Below the pieces are notes generated by a model. The model had not been told where the DNA came from, made no database searches, and worked only from the letters and a program-made list of their open reading frames with translations. Shown piece by piece: positions 19,495 through 29,062 of a DNA stretch of 64,000 nucleotides. The translations under genes were made by a program, and so were the position numbers. The stretch is from NCBI GenBank assembly GCA_963761655.1, contig CAVXHI010000011.1, positions 412,588 through 476,587 on the forward strand. Direction: 5' to 3'. Origin of the DNA: an uncultured Actinomycetota bacterium (GTDB taxonomy: Bacteria; Actinomycetota; Actinomycetes; Mycobacteriales; SCTD01). How positions within the stretch are numbered: position 1 is the stretch's first letter; each line of letters begins with the position of its first letter.

Positions 19495-20151
19495 TCAGAC
19501 CAGGACGTCGAGCGCGCCGGCGAGGTCCGGCAGGACGGCGTCGGGCTCGAGGGCGGCGAGCTCGTCGTAGGGGTGGCCCCCGGTCGCGACCAGCAGGCAG
19601 CGCACCCCGCCGGCCCGGGCGCAGGCGAGGTCGTGCGGGGTGTCACCGACGACCCACGCGCCCGACGCCGGCCGGCCGGACCGGGCCAGGGCGATCGGGA
19701 CGAGCTCCTCGCGGCTGCCGGCGTCGTCGCCGTAGGCCGAGCCCTCCAGGTCGAGGTGCTCGGCCAGGCCGAGGGCGGTGACCTTGGTGCGCGCGGTCTC
19801 GCGGACGTTGCCGGTGAGCACGCCCTGCCACCAGCCGCGCTCCTGCAGCGCCAGCAGGGTCGTGCGGACGTGCGGCAGGACGACCCCCTCGGCGGCCAGC
19901 CGCTCGGCCCGGGCCGCGAGCTCCACGGGCAGGCGGTCGAGCAGCGGGGCCCCCAGGGCGGGGTCGATCCCCTCGGCGAGGCAGACCTGCTCGGCGATCC
20001 ACGGGTCCAGCCGCCCGGCGAAGCTGATGCTGCCGCCGCGCCGGGTCGGGGCCCGACCGACGACGTGCGTGAACGCCGCGAGGAACGCCTCCCGGCTGAC
20101 CGCCCCGGCCCGCAGGAGCGTCCCGTCGATGTCCCACAGGACGGTGCTCAC
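19495..20151 (-). CDS. HAD-family hydrolase
   Basis: DxDGT (LWDIDGTLL), GVLTGN, VVGDTPHD motifs. GTG 20151 overlaps the upstream stop (GTGA). Confidence 0.88.
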   Translation of the reverse strand: MSTVLWDIDGTLLRAGAVSREAFLAAFTHVVGRAPTRRGGSISFAGRLDPWIAEQVCLAEGIDPALGAPLLDRLPVELAARAERLAAEGVVLPHVRTTLLALQERGWWQGVLTGNVRETARTKVTALGLAEHLDLEGSAYGDDAGSREELVPIALARSGRPASGAWVVGDTPHDLACARAGGVRCLLVATGGHPYDELAALEPDAVLPDLAGALDVLV

Positions 20152-21152
20152 GTGGGCGCCGTGTCCCCGCGCCGTCCGGCGTCGAGGTCGCCCGTCGCCC
20201 CGGCCAGCACCGCCCGACGGCCCAGCACGAACACCCAGGCCAGGAACAGCGTCTCCACGACGACGCCGATGCCGATGCGGGCCCAGGTCGGGAGCGGGCT
20301 GGGGGTCACGAAGGCCTCGACCAGTCCGCTGACGAACAGCACCAGGGCCAGCCCCAGGGCGCCGCTGACCAGCGACCGGCCCTCCTCCGCGAGCGCCTGC
20401 GCCCGGGTGCGGCCCCCGGGGTCGACGACCGTCCACCCGAGCTTGAGCCCGAGGCCGCAGGCGACGAACACCGCGGTCAGCTCCAGCAGCCCGTGCGGGA
20501 GGATCAGCCCGAAGAACAGCCCGAGCTTCCCGTTCGCGGCCAGCAGCCCGCCGGACACCCCCACGTTGAGCGCGTTCTGCAGCAGCACGTAGACGACCGG
20601 CAGACCGAGCAGGACCCCGAACAGGATCGCCTGGGCGGCCACGTAGGCGTTGTTGGTGAAGACCCGGGCGGCGAAGTCCTGGGCGGGGTTGTTGCTGTAG
20701 TAGTCGGCGAAGTCGTTCTCGACGAGCTGCCGGGTCTCCTCCGGGCTCGCGATGGCCAGCTGGACGTCGGGGTGCTGGGCGACGAAGACCCCGAAGGCCA
20801 GCCCGACGACGACGAACGCCAGCGCGCTCGCGCCCCACCACCAGCGGGTCCGGTAGCAGATCGCGGGGAAGTCGACGCGCAGGAAGCGGGCGAGGTCCTG
20901 CAGGGCCGGCTGCCTCGTGCCCGCCACGGCCGCCCGGGCCCGCGCGACCAGGCTGCTGAGCCGGGCGACCAGCTGCGGGTCGCGGCCGGCGCTCTGCACG
21001 ACCGACAGGTGGGTCGCGGTGCGCTGGTAGAGGTCGACGACCTCGTCGGCCTCCGCTCCCCGCAGCCGGCGGGGACGCCGCGCCCGGCCGAGCAGGACCT
21101 CGAGCCGGTCCCACTCCGCCCGGTGCGCGGCGACGTACGCGTCGAGGTCCAC
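20148..21152 (-). CDS. SpoIIM-like (DUF95) integral membrane protein
   Basis: 334 aa. Cytoplasmic helical N-domain followed by TM helices, with FTNNAYVAAQAILFGVLLGLP and LPHGLLELTAVFVACGLGL patterns. Confidence 0.8.
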   Translation of the reverse strand: MDLDAYVAAHRAEWDRLEVLLGRARRPRRLRGAEADEVVDLYQRTATHLSVVQSAGRDPQLVARLSSLVARARAAVAGTRQPALQDLARFLRVDFPAICYRTRWWWGASALAFVVVGLAFGVFVAQHPDVQLAIASPEETRQLVENDFADYYSNNPAQDFAARVFTNNAYVAAQAILFGVLLGLPVVYVLLQNALNVGVSGGLLAANGKLGLFFGLILPHGLLELTAVFVACGLGLKLGWTVVDPGGRTRAQALAEEGRSLVSGALGLALVLFVSGLVEAFVTPSPLPTWARIGIGVVVETLFLAWVFVLGRRAVLAGATGDLDAGRRGDTAPT

Positions 21153-21190
21153 AGGTCACCCTAAGCCGCCGGGCGGGGCAGACTGCAGGC

Positions 21191-22045
21191 GTGAGCAGCC
21201 AGCTGGTGACCGGCGAGGCGGTCGCGCTCGAGCTGCGCACCGCCGCGCTCCCGAGCCGCACCGTCGCCGCCCTGATCGACGCCGTCCTGCAGGTCGTCCT
21301 GCTCGTCGGGCTGTTCTACGCCGCGACCTTCGCCGGCGGCGGCTCCGACGCCGCCGACGCCGCCATCGCGGTGCTCGTCCTGGTCATCGGGCTGATCGGC
21401 TACCCCGTCGCCTTCGAGACGGCCCTGCGCGGCCGCACGCCCGGGAAGCTGGCGCTCGGGCTGCGGACCGTGCGCGACGACGGCGGCCCGATCGGGTTCC
21501 GGCAGGCCCTCGTGCGCGGCCTGGCCGGGGCCTTCCTCGAGCGCCCCGGCATCACCCTGTTCTTCGGGGCCTTCGCCACCTCCCTGCTCAACCGGGACTC
21601 CAAGCGCCTCGGCGACCTGCTCGCCGGCACGGTGGTGCTGCAGGAGCGGGTGCCGTCCAAGGGGTCGCCGCTGCCGCAGACCCCGCCGGAGCTGGTGCCG
21701 TGGGCCCGCTCGCTCGAGCTGACCGGGCTTCCCGACGACCTCGCCCTGCAGGCCCGCGCCCTGCTGACCCGCTCCGCCCAGCTGACGCCGGAGGCCCGCG
21801 AGGACCTCGGCGGCCGCCTGGTGACGGCGGTCCTGGCCCGCACCAGCCCGCCCCCGCCGCCCGGCACCCCGGGGTGGGCGGTGCTGGCCGCGGTCCTCGC
21901 GGAGCGGACCCGCCGGGCGCAGGAGCGCCTGCAGGGACCTCCGACGGCTCCCCCTGCCGCCGCCCCCGCTGCGGCTCCTTCCGCAGCGGCGCCCAGCACG
22001 CCGCCGCCGTCGTCGTCGTCGTCGGGGTTCACGCTGCCCGGCTGA
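21191..22045 (+). CDS. RDD-family membrane protein
   Basis: RDD-type N-terminus (ALIDAVLQVVLL, RGRTPGKLALGLRTVRDDG) and a Pro/Ala-rich tail. Divergent from the SpoIIM-like gene. Confidence 0.8.
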   Translation: MSSQLVTGEAVALELRTAALPSRTVAALIDAVLQVVLLVGLFYAATFAGGGSDAADAAIAVLVLVIGLIGYPVAFETALRGRTPGKLALGLRTVRDDGGPIGFRQALVRGLAGAFLERPGITLFFGAFATSLLNRDSKRLGDLLAGTVVLQERVPSKGSPLPQTPPELVPWARSLELTGLPDDLALQARALLTRSAQLTPEAREDLGGRLVTAVLARTSPPPPPGTPGWAVLAAVLAERTRRAQERLQGPPTAPPAAAPAAAPSAAAPSTPPPSSSSSGFTLPG

Positions 22046-22085
22046 GCGCTGCAACAGATCCGGCCGCCCGGGGCGTGGAGAGGGG

Positions 22086-22565
22086 GTGACCGTGACCTTC
22101 GAGGAGTTCGTGCTGGCGCGGGGCCCTGCCCTCGTGCGGTTCGCCCACGGGCTCTGCGGCGACCGGCACCTCGCCGAGGACCTCGTCCAGGACGTCCTGG
22201 TCCGCTGCCACGCGCGGTGGCCCCGCCTCGCGGACTCCCCCGAGCCCTACGTGCGCACGGCGCTGGTGCGCGAGCTGGTCAGCTGGCGACGGCGCCGGTC
22301 GGCGTCCGAGCTGCCCGGCCCGCTGCCCGACGTCGCCACCGTCCCCGACGACGCCCTGGCCGAGCGGGACGCCGTCTGGCGCCTGCTGGCCACCCTGTCG
22401 GTCCGCGAGCGGGCCGTCCTCGTGCTGCGGCACTACGAGGCGCTCCCCGACGCCGAGATCGCCGCCCTGCTCGGCGTCAGCCGAGCGACCGTCCGCAGTC
22501 TCGCCGCCCGGGCAGCCCTGAAGGTCCGTGCCCTGCCCGCCCCCGCCCGAGGAGCCGCCCCGTGA
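22086..22565 (+). CDS. ECF (SigE-family) RNA polymerase sigma factor
   Basis: Region 2 (LAEDLVQDVLVRCHARW) and region 4 (LSVRERAVLVLRHYEALPDAEIAALLGVSRATVRSLAARA). Confidence 0.88.
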   Translation: MTVTFEEFVLARGPALVRFAHGLCGDRHLAEDLVQDVLVRCHARWPRLADSPEPYVRTALVRELVSWRRRRSASELPGPLPDVATVPDDALAERDAVWRLLATLSVRERAVLVLRHYEALPDAEIAALLGVSRATVRSLAARAALKVRALPAPARGAAP

Positions 22566-24094
22566 ACGACGCCCTCGGCGACGCCGTCCGCACGGCCGTC
22601 CGCGCCCACGTCGATGCCGAGCCGGTCGATCCGTCCGCCCTGCTGACGGGCGTGCTGTCCCGCCGGGCGACGCGGCGGTGGGTCGCGCCGGTGGCGGCGG
22701 CCGCCGCGGTGGCCCTGGTGGCGGGCGGGGCAGTGCTGGTGCGGCCGTCCTCACCGGCGCCCGCACCGGTCGCGCCGGCGGTCCCGGTCGGACTGCAGGC
22801 GGTCAGCTGGCACGGCGTGCAGGTGCTGGTGCCGGCGGCGTGGCGCCTGGACGACCTGCGGTGCAGCAGCGCGCAGAGCGACACCGTGCTCCGGCCCGGG
22901 GCGCGCCTGGCCTGCCTCGCACCGCAGGCCCCGGGGCTCACCGTCGTCGAGTTCGAGGGCCTCCCCGACGAGCAGGACGCGCGGTACCGGTCCGTCCAGG
23001 AGGCGCGCTACGCCTCCATGCCGGTCGACCTGGGCGGCACGGCAGCGCGTCGGGGAGCGGTCCCGGAGCCCCTCGGCGGGCAGCCCGGTCCGCGTGCCGT
23101 GCTCGTCGTGCCGTCGCTGCAGGTCGTCGTCACGGTCACCGCGCCCAGCCTCGCCGCGGCCGACGCCCTGCTGGACACCGCGACCGTCGTCGAGGTGGAC
23201 GCGAACGGGTGCCGCTCCCGGGTGGCGTCCACCCGCCCCGCCGGACCTGCCAGCCGCGACGGCGCCGACGAGCGTCTCCTGCCCGGCGCCCCGACGTCGG
23301 TCAGCGTCTGCCGCTACGGCCGCGGACGGCTCGACGACTCCCGCCGGCTCTCCCCCGACGCCGTCACCGCCCTGCAGACCCGGCTCGACGGGCTGCCGAC
23401 CGGCCGGTCGGACCGGGTGCCGGTGGGGAGCATCGCCGCCGACCTCTGCCCGGCGATCGACGACGACGGCGTCCTGCTCGACGCCGCCTACCGGCGCGGG
23501 CCCGGCGTGCAGGTCTGGGTCCGCGACCAGGCGTGCACCGACCGGTCCACGACGAACGGCAGCGCGGTGCGCCGGGCCGGCGGGCTCGACACGTACGCCC
23601 TGCTGCGCGGCGAGCCGCTCGTCCTGCCGCCCGCGCGGAAGGAGCCCGCCCCCGAGCTCGGGTACGCCGGCCTCCCTCGACGGCAGACCCCGCCCGTGCC
23701 GGCCCAGCGGGCCGACGTCCTGGCCCGCACGGACGACCCGGCCGACGGCCGGCTGCTCGGCGTGCGGCGGGCCGACGGACGGCGCTGCCTGCTGCTGGCC
23801 ACGAGCGAGGCCACGCCCCCCTACGACTGCGAGCCGGACGACCTGCTGCTCCCGCTGGGGCAGCTGCACGACGGCGCCGGGACCTGGGCCGGCACGGGAC
23901 CCGACGTCGTCCGCGCCGTGCGGGTGCTGGTCGACGGTCGGCAGGTCGCGGTCGTCCCCACCTGGGGCGGCGGCGCCGCCTGGGGCCAGCGCCGGGGCTT
24001 CCTGGTCCGGCTGCCGAGCGGCGCCACGCCGGTGTTCGTGCCGCTGGACGGCCTCGGCCGCGACGTCGTGGCGCTTCCCCGCCCAGGGTCGTGA
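22562..24094 (+). CDS. Single-pass membrane protein co-translated with the ECF sigma (putative anti-sigma/partner, no recognised domain)
   Basis: GTG 22562 overlaps the sigma stop (GTGA). Short cytoplasmic segment, TM (WVAPVAAAAAVALVAGGAVLV), about 440-aa extracytoplasmic region. Confidence 0.7.
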   Translation: MNDALGDAVRTAVRAHVDAEPVDPSALLTGVLSRRATRRWVAPVAAAAAVALVAGGAVLVRPSSPAPAPVAPAVPVGLQAVSWHGVQVLVPAAWRLDDLRCSSAQSDTVLRPGARLACLAPQAPGLTVVEFEGLPDEQDARYRSVQEARYASMPVDLGGTAARRGAVPEPLGGQPGPRAVLVVPSLQVVVTVTAPSLAAADALLDTATVVEVDANGCRSRVASTRPAGPASRDGADERLLPGAPTSVSVCRYGRGRLDDSRRLSPDAVTALQTRLDGLPTGRSDRVPVGSIAADLCPAIDDDGVLLDAAYRRGPGVQVWVRDQACTDRSTTNGSAVRRAGGLDTYALLRGEPLVLPPARKEPAPELGYAGLPRRQTPPVPAQRADVLARTDDPADGRLLGVRRADGRRCLLLATSEATPPYDCEPDDLLLPLGQLHDGAGTWAGTGPDVVRAVRVLVDGRQVAVVPTWGGGAAWGQRRGFLVRLPSGATPVFVPLDGLGRDVVALPRPGS

Positions 24095-24117
24095 GCCGCT
24101 CCAACCCCCTCCCCGGC

Positions 24118-24182
24118 CCTGCTTGTCCGAGCGGGGCGACATCACTGAGGCCCTGACAGGTCGCTGCGCCCGGACAAGCAGG
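24118..24182 (+). terminator. Long hairpin downstream of the sigma-partner gene
   Basis: Perfect 12-bp arms CCTGCTTGTCCG/CGGACAAGCAGG with a 41-nt structured loop, 24 nt after the stop at 24094. Confidence 0.45.
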
Positions 24183-24231
24183 CCGGCAGCAGACAGGCCA
24201 GGCGCACCGCCTCAGCCCCCGGACACGCCGA

Positions 24232-24259
24232 CGGCCCGCCCCTCGAGAGGGACGGGCCG
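24232..24259 (-). terminator. Hairpin terminator candidate downstream of ahcY
   Basis: CGGCCCG/CGGGCCG arms extended by inner CCCTC/GAGGG pairs, 16 nt past the ahcY stop (24275). Confidence 0.5.
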
Positions 24260-24274
24260 CCGGTGCAGGTCGGT

Positions 24275-25749
<1,475 letters not shown>

Positions 25750-25753
<4 letters not shown>

Positions 25754-26139
25754 GCGATCTCCTGGTTCATCGGGTGAGGAGCGGGAGCGGTCAGCAGGTG
25801 CTGGTGCTTGTCCTGCTCGAAGCGCAACCAGTCGGCGTCGTCGGCCGGTCTGGGGAGTACAGGTCGGCGGGGCTCCGCCTCGAACCACGCGTCGAGCGCC
25901 GCGGCCAGCTCGGGCTCCTTGCGGAGCCGGAGAGCGAGGCCGACGTCGCCGAGCTCGAGACCGGACGTCTCGAGCAGCTCACGGAGGGTGCGGAGCCGCT
26001 GCAGCTCGGCCGGGCCGTAGAGCCGGTAGCCCGACGCCGAGCGCGGCGGCTCCACGAGGCCGAGCTGCTCGACGTACCGCAGCATCCGCGCCGACCAACC
26101 GGTGGTCTGCGCGGCCTCGTGGATCGTGAGCGTCGCCAT
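25750..26139 (-). CDS. MerR-family transcriptional regulator, translationally coupled to ahcY
   Basis: [56 protein letters not shown] overlap with the ahcY start. Confidence 0.88.
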
Positions 26140-26196
26140 CGGGGACGACGTTACCGCAGTCGTGTCAAGGTCGCAGCACCAACGCGGTGGACCCGG

Positions 26197-26715
26197 TCAC
26201 AGTCGTGTCAGGGCTGCCAGGACGACGCCCGTCCCCGCCACGAGCACGTCCCCGGCGAGGTGCACCTCGCGGCGCTCCCCGGTGGCGAGGTCGGCCGCCT
26301 CGTAGCGCTCGGTCTCCTGCACGTCCGGCGTCCGGGCCCAGCCCTCCTCGACCGTCAGGGCGCCCAGCGCGTCGGACAGCCGCACGAGCCGGGCCCGGGA
26401 CGTCGCGCCCACGGACAGGCCGAGCAGCCGGGCGGTGACGACGGCGAAGGCGGGGCTGTCGCCGGTGAAGGCCGCCGCCGTCGTCGCGTGCTCGACGCCG
26501 TCCCGCTGCCAGACGACGCCCGGACCGACGGCTCCGCCGCGCAGCTCCGACCCGCCGCTGGCGACCAGCAGCCGGACCGGCCGCCAGGCGGCGTCGACCG
26601 TGAGGTCCAGGGACCACCCCGGGCGCCTCCCGACGTAGCGCCACCCGAGCGGCCCGGCGGCGCAGGAGAACTCCTCCACGGTCCCGCCGTCCAGCAGGTA
26701 GCTACCGGCCGGCAC
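26197..26715 (-). CDS. Hypothetical protein (172 aa, beta-rich, no recognised motif)
   Basis: Protein-like composition. Its start overlaps the 3' end of the SAHH-like gene by 14 nt. Confidence 0.6.
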   Translation of the reverse strand: MPAGSYLLDGGTVEEFSCAAGPLGWRYVGRRPGWSLDLTVDAAWRPVRLLVASGGSELRGGAVGPGVVWQRDGVEHATTAAAFTGDSPAFAVVTARLLGLSVGATSRARLVRLSDALGALTVEEGWARTPDVQETERYEAADLATGERREVHLAGDVLVAGTGVVLAALTRL

Positions 26716-27952
26716 GCCAGCTGCTCAGGTACTCCTCCTGCGCGGGCGTGAGGACGTCGATCCCGACGCCGGTCGCCTCGAGGCGGGTCCGGGCCACCTC
26801 GGCGTCGATCCGGGCCGGCACCTCGTGGACGCCCGGCGCGAGGTCGGCCGTGACGAGGTGCTCGAGGGTCAGGGCCTGGACGGCGAAGGACACGTCCATC
26901 ACCGCGGCCGGGTGGCCGTCGGCGGCCGACAGGTTCACCAGCCGCCCCTCGGCCAGCAGCAGCAGGCGGCGCCCGTCGGGCAGGACGTGCTCGTCGACCG
27001 ACGGCCGGACGCGGTGGACCTCGTCGGCGAGGGCGGCCAGGCCGCGGACGTCGATCTCGACGTCGAAGTGCCCCGCGTTCGCCAGCACGGCGCCGTCCTT
27101 CATCGTCGCGAAGTGCGCGGGGCGCAGGACGTCGCGGCTGCCGGTGGTCGTGACGAAGACGTCGCCGAGCGGGGCGGCGTCGGCCATGGGCATGACCCGG
27201 TGCCCGTCGAGGACCGCCTCGAGCGCCCGCCCGGGGTCGACCTCCGTGACGACGACGCTCGCCCCCAGTCCCCGGGCCCGCTCGGCCACTCCGGAGCCGC
27301 ACCAGCCGTAGCCCGCGACGACGACGGTCGACCCCGCCAGCAGCGTGCCGGTCGACCGGACGACGGCGTCGAGCGTGGACTGGCCGGTGCCGTGCCGGTT
27401 CGCGACGAGGAGCTGCACGGCGGTGTCGTTCACGGCGACGACCGGCAGGCGCAGGGCGCCGTCGGCGTGCATCTGCCGCAGCCGCAGGACGCCCGTGGTC
27501 GTCTCCTCGCAGGCCGCGCGCACGCCGTCGAGCAGGTCGGGGCGGGGACCGTGCAGGGCGCCGACGAGGTCGCACCCGTCGTCGAGCAGCAGGTGCGGCC
27601 GGGCCTCCAGGACGGCCTCGAGGTGGCGCGCGTAGGTGCCGCGGTCCGCGCCGTGGCGGGCGTGCACCCCGACGCCGAGGTCGACCAGCGCGGCCGCGAC
27701 GTCGTCCTGCGTGCTGAGCGGGTTGGAGGCGGCGAGGTGCACCTCGGCGCCACCGGCGAGCAGGACCCGCGCGAGGGCCGCGGTCTCGGGGGTGACGTGC
27801 ATGCAGGCGGCCAGGCGGACGCCGCGCAGGGGGGTCGTCGCGGCGAAGCGCGAGCGCAGGCGGGCGAGCACGGGCATGGCGCGCTCGGCGAAGTCGATCC
27901 GGCGGCGACCGGCGTCGGCCAGCGAGAGGTCCGCGACGTCGGAGGCCAGCAC
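26702..27952 (-). CDS. Adenosylhomocysteinase-like paralogue (short/archaeal type) with substituted catalytic Lys/Asp positions
   Basis: 416 aa. CMHVTPETA, DDGCD, EETTTGV, GYGWCGSG, GHFDVEID, GRLVNL...GHP are all present. The [11 protein letters not shown] box reads NDTAVQLLVAN. Confidence 0.85.
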   Translation of the reverse strand: MLASDVADLSLADAGRRRIDFAERAMPVLARLRSRFAATTPLRGVRLAACMHVTPETAALARVLLAGGAEVHLAASNPLSTQDDVAAALVDLGVGVHARHGADRGTYARHLEAVLEARPHLLLDDGCDLVGALHGPRPDLLDGVRAACEETTTGVLRLRQMHADGALRLPVVAVNDTAVQLLVANRHGTGQSTLDAVVRSTGTLLAGSTVVVAGYGWCGSGVAERARGLGASVVVTEVDPGRALEAVLDGHRVMPMADAAPLGDVFVTTTGSRDVLRPAHFATMKDGAVLANAGHFDVEIDVRGLAALADEVHRVRPSVDEHVLPDGRRLLLLAEGRLVNLSAADGHPAAVMDVSFAVQALTLEHLVTADLAPGVHEVPARIDAEVARTRLEATGVGIDVLTPAQEEYLSSWRAGR

Positions 27953-27958
27953 GGGACG

Positions 27959-27968
27959 ACAGTAGGTT
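27959..27968. promoter_or_regulatory. Back-to-back overlapping -10 elements for two leaderless divergent genes
   Basis: Plus strand: TAGGTT (27963-27968), then 7 nt, then GTG 27976. Minus strand: TACTGT (27964-27959), then 6 nt, then GTG 27952. The start codons are exactly 23 nt apart. Confidence 0.5.
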
Positions 27969-27975
27969 CCGCAGC

Positions 27976-28419
27976 GTGATCGACCCCAAGACGCTCATCG
28001 AGGGCTCGCCCGGCTTCGCCACCACCCTCGGCCTCACGATCGAGCAGTCCTCGCGGGACCGCGCCGTCGGGCGGCTCGACGCCGGGGCGCACCTGTTCAA
28101 CCACGTCGGCGGTCCGCACGCGGCGGCCGTCTACGGGCTCGGCGAGCTGACCAGCTTCGCCCTGCTGCTCGAGGTGTTCGGCGACCTCGTCGAGGGCGGG
28201 GCGGTCCCCCTGGTCAAGGAGGGCACGATCCGCTACTCCGCGATCGCCACCGGCCCGCTGCTGGCCACCGCGACCCTGCAGGACGACGAGGCCGGGGCCC
28301 GCGCCTCGCTGGAGCAGCGCGGCCGCGCGACCTTCGCCGTCGAGGTCGTGTTCACCCGCGAGACCGACGACGTGCAGACCGCCTCCGCGAGCTACCGGAT
28401 GGCGCTGCTGCGGGTGTGA
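27976..28419 (+). CDS. Hotdog-fold thioesterase (PaaI/DUF4442-like)
   Basis: 147 aa. The LTIEQSS.DRAVGRL...HLFNHVGGPHAAAVYGLGE pattern is typical of PaaI-type hotdog proteins. Confidence 0.7.
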   Translation: MIDPKTLIEGSPGFATTLGLTIEQSSRDRAVGRLDAGAHLFNHVGGPHAAAVYGLGELTSFALLLEVFGDLVEGGAVPLVKEGTIRYSAIATGPLLATATLQDDEAGARASLEQRGRATFAVEVVFTRETDDVQTASASYRMALLRV

Positions 28420-28490
28420 CGCAGTCCGCGCTTGCACGAGCTAGCAGCGGGCAAGCAGTCGGTGACCCACCACCGACCCTAGGAGCACCC

Positions 28491-29033
28491 GTGCCCGGTA
28501 CCGCCGACGAAGCACGTTCCGGACTCCTCGCCTCCCTCACCGGCAAGGTCAAGGAGGTGGCGGGCGCCGTCACCGGCAACGACAGCCTCGCCGCGGAGGG
28601 CCAGCTGCAGCAGGCCGAGGCGGCCGCCCGCAAGGACGCCGCCGCGAAGGAGGCCGTCGCCTCGGTGCAGGCCGAGCAGGCCGCCGCCGAGATCGCGCAG
28701 ACCACCGCCGAGGCCGACGCCGCCCGGGCCGCGTCCGAGCGGGAGGCCGCCGCGCAGCTGGCCGCCGCCGACGTCGCCGCCGAGCTGCAGGAGGAGAGCG
28801 TCGAGGCGCGCCTCGCCCGCGAGGAGGCCGCCCGCGTGGCCGCCGCCGAGCAGGAGGCCGACCGCGAGGTCGTCGCCGCCCGTCAGCGCGTCGTCGCCGA
28901 GCAGGCCGCCGCGGACCGCCGCGCCGCCGAGGTCGAGCGCGAGGCCGCCCAGGAGCAGACCCAGGCCTCGCTCGCCGAGCAGGCCGCCGCCCGTGCCCGC
29001 GCCGAGGCCGACCGCCTCGCCGCCCAGGCCTGA
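28491..29033 (+). CDS. CsbD-like domain fused to an Ala/Glu-rich coiled coil
   Basis: GTG 28491 lies 5 nt after AGGAG. LTGKVKEVAGAVTGNDSLAAEGQ (CsbD pattern), then about 130 aa of A/E/Q/R helix. Confidence 0.75.
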   Translation: MPGTADEARSGLLASLTGKVKEVAGAVTGNDSLAAEGQLQQAEAAARKDAAAKEAVASVQAEQAAAEIAQTTAEADAARAASEREAAAQLAAADVAAELQEESVEARLAREEAARVAAAEQEADREVVAARQRVVAEQAAADRRAAEVEREAAQEQTQASLAEQAAARARAEADRLAAQA

Positions 29034-29062
29034 TCCCTCCCCCGAGACCCCAGGAGCACCCC

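Noticed and set aside
25754-26139. SAH riboswitch upstream of ahcY
   Set aside because: There is no untranslated leader. The ahcY start overlaps the stop of the merR-like gene by 4 nt.
26163-26168. TTGACA as the -35 of the merR-ahcY promoter
   Set aside because: It lies only 9 nt from the candidate -10 (TAACGT). That spacing is incompatible with a -35/-10 pair.
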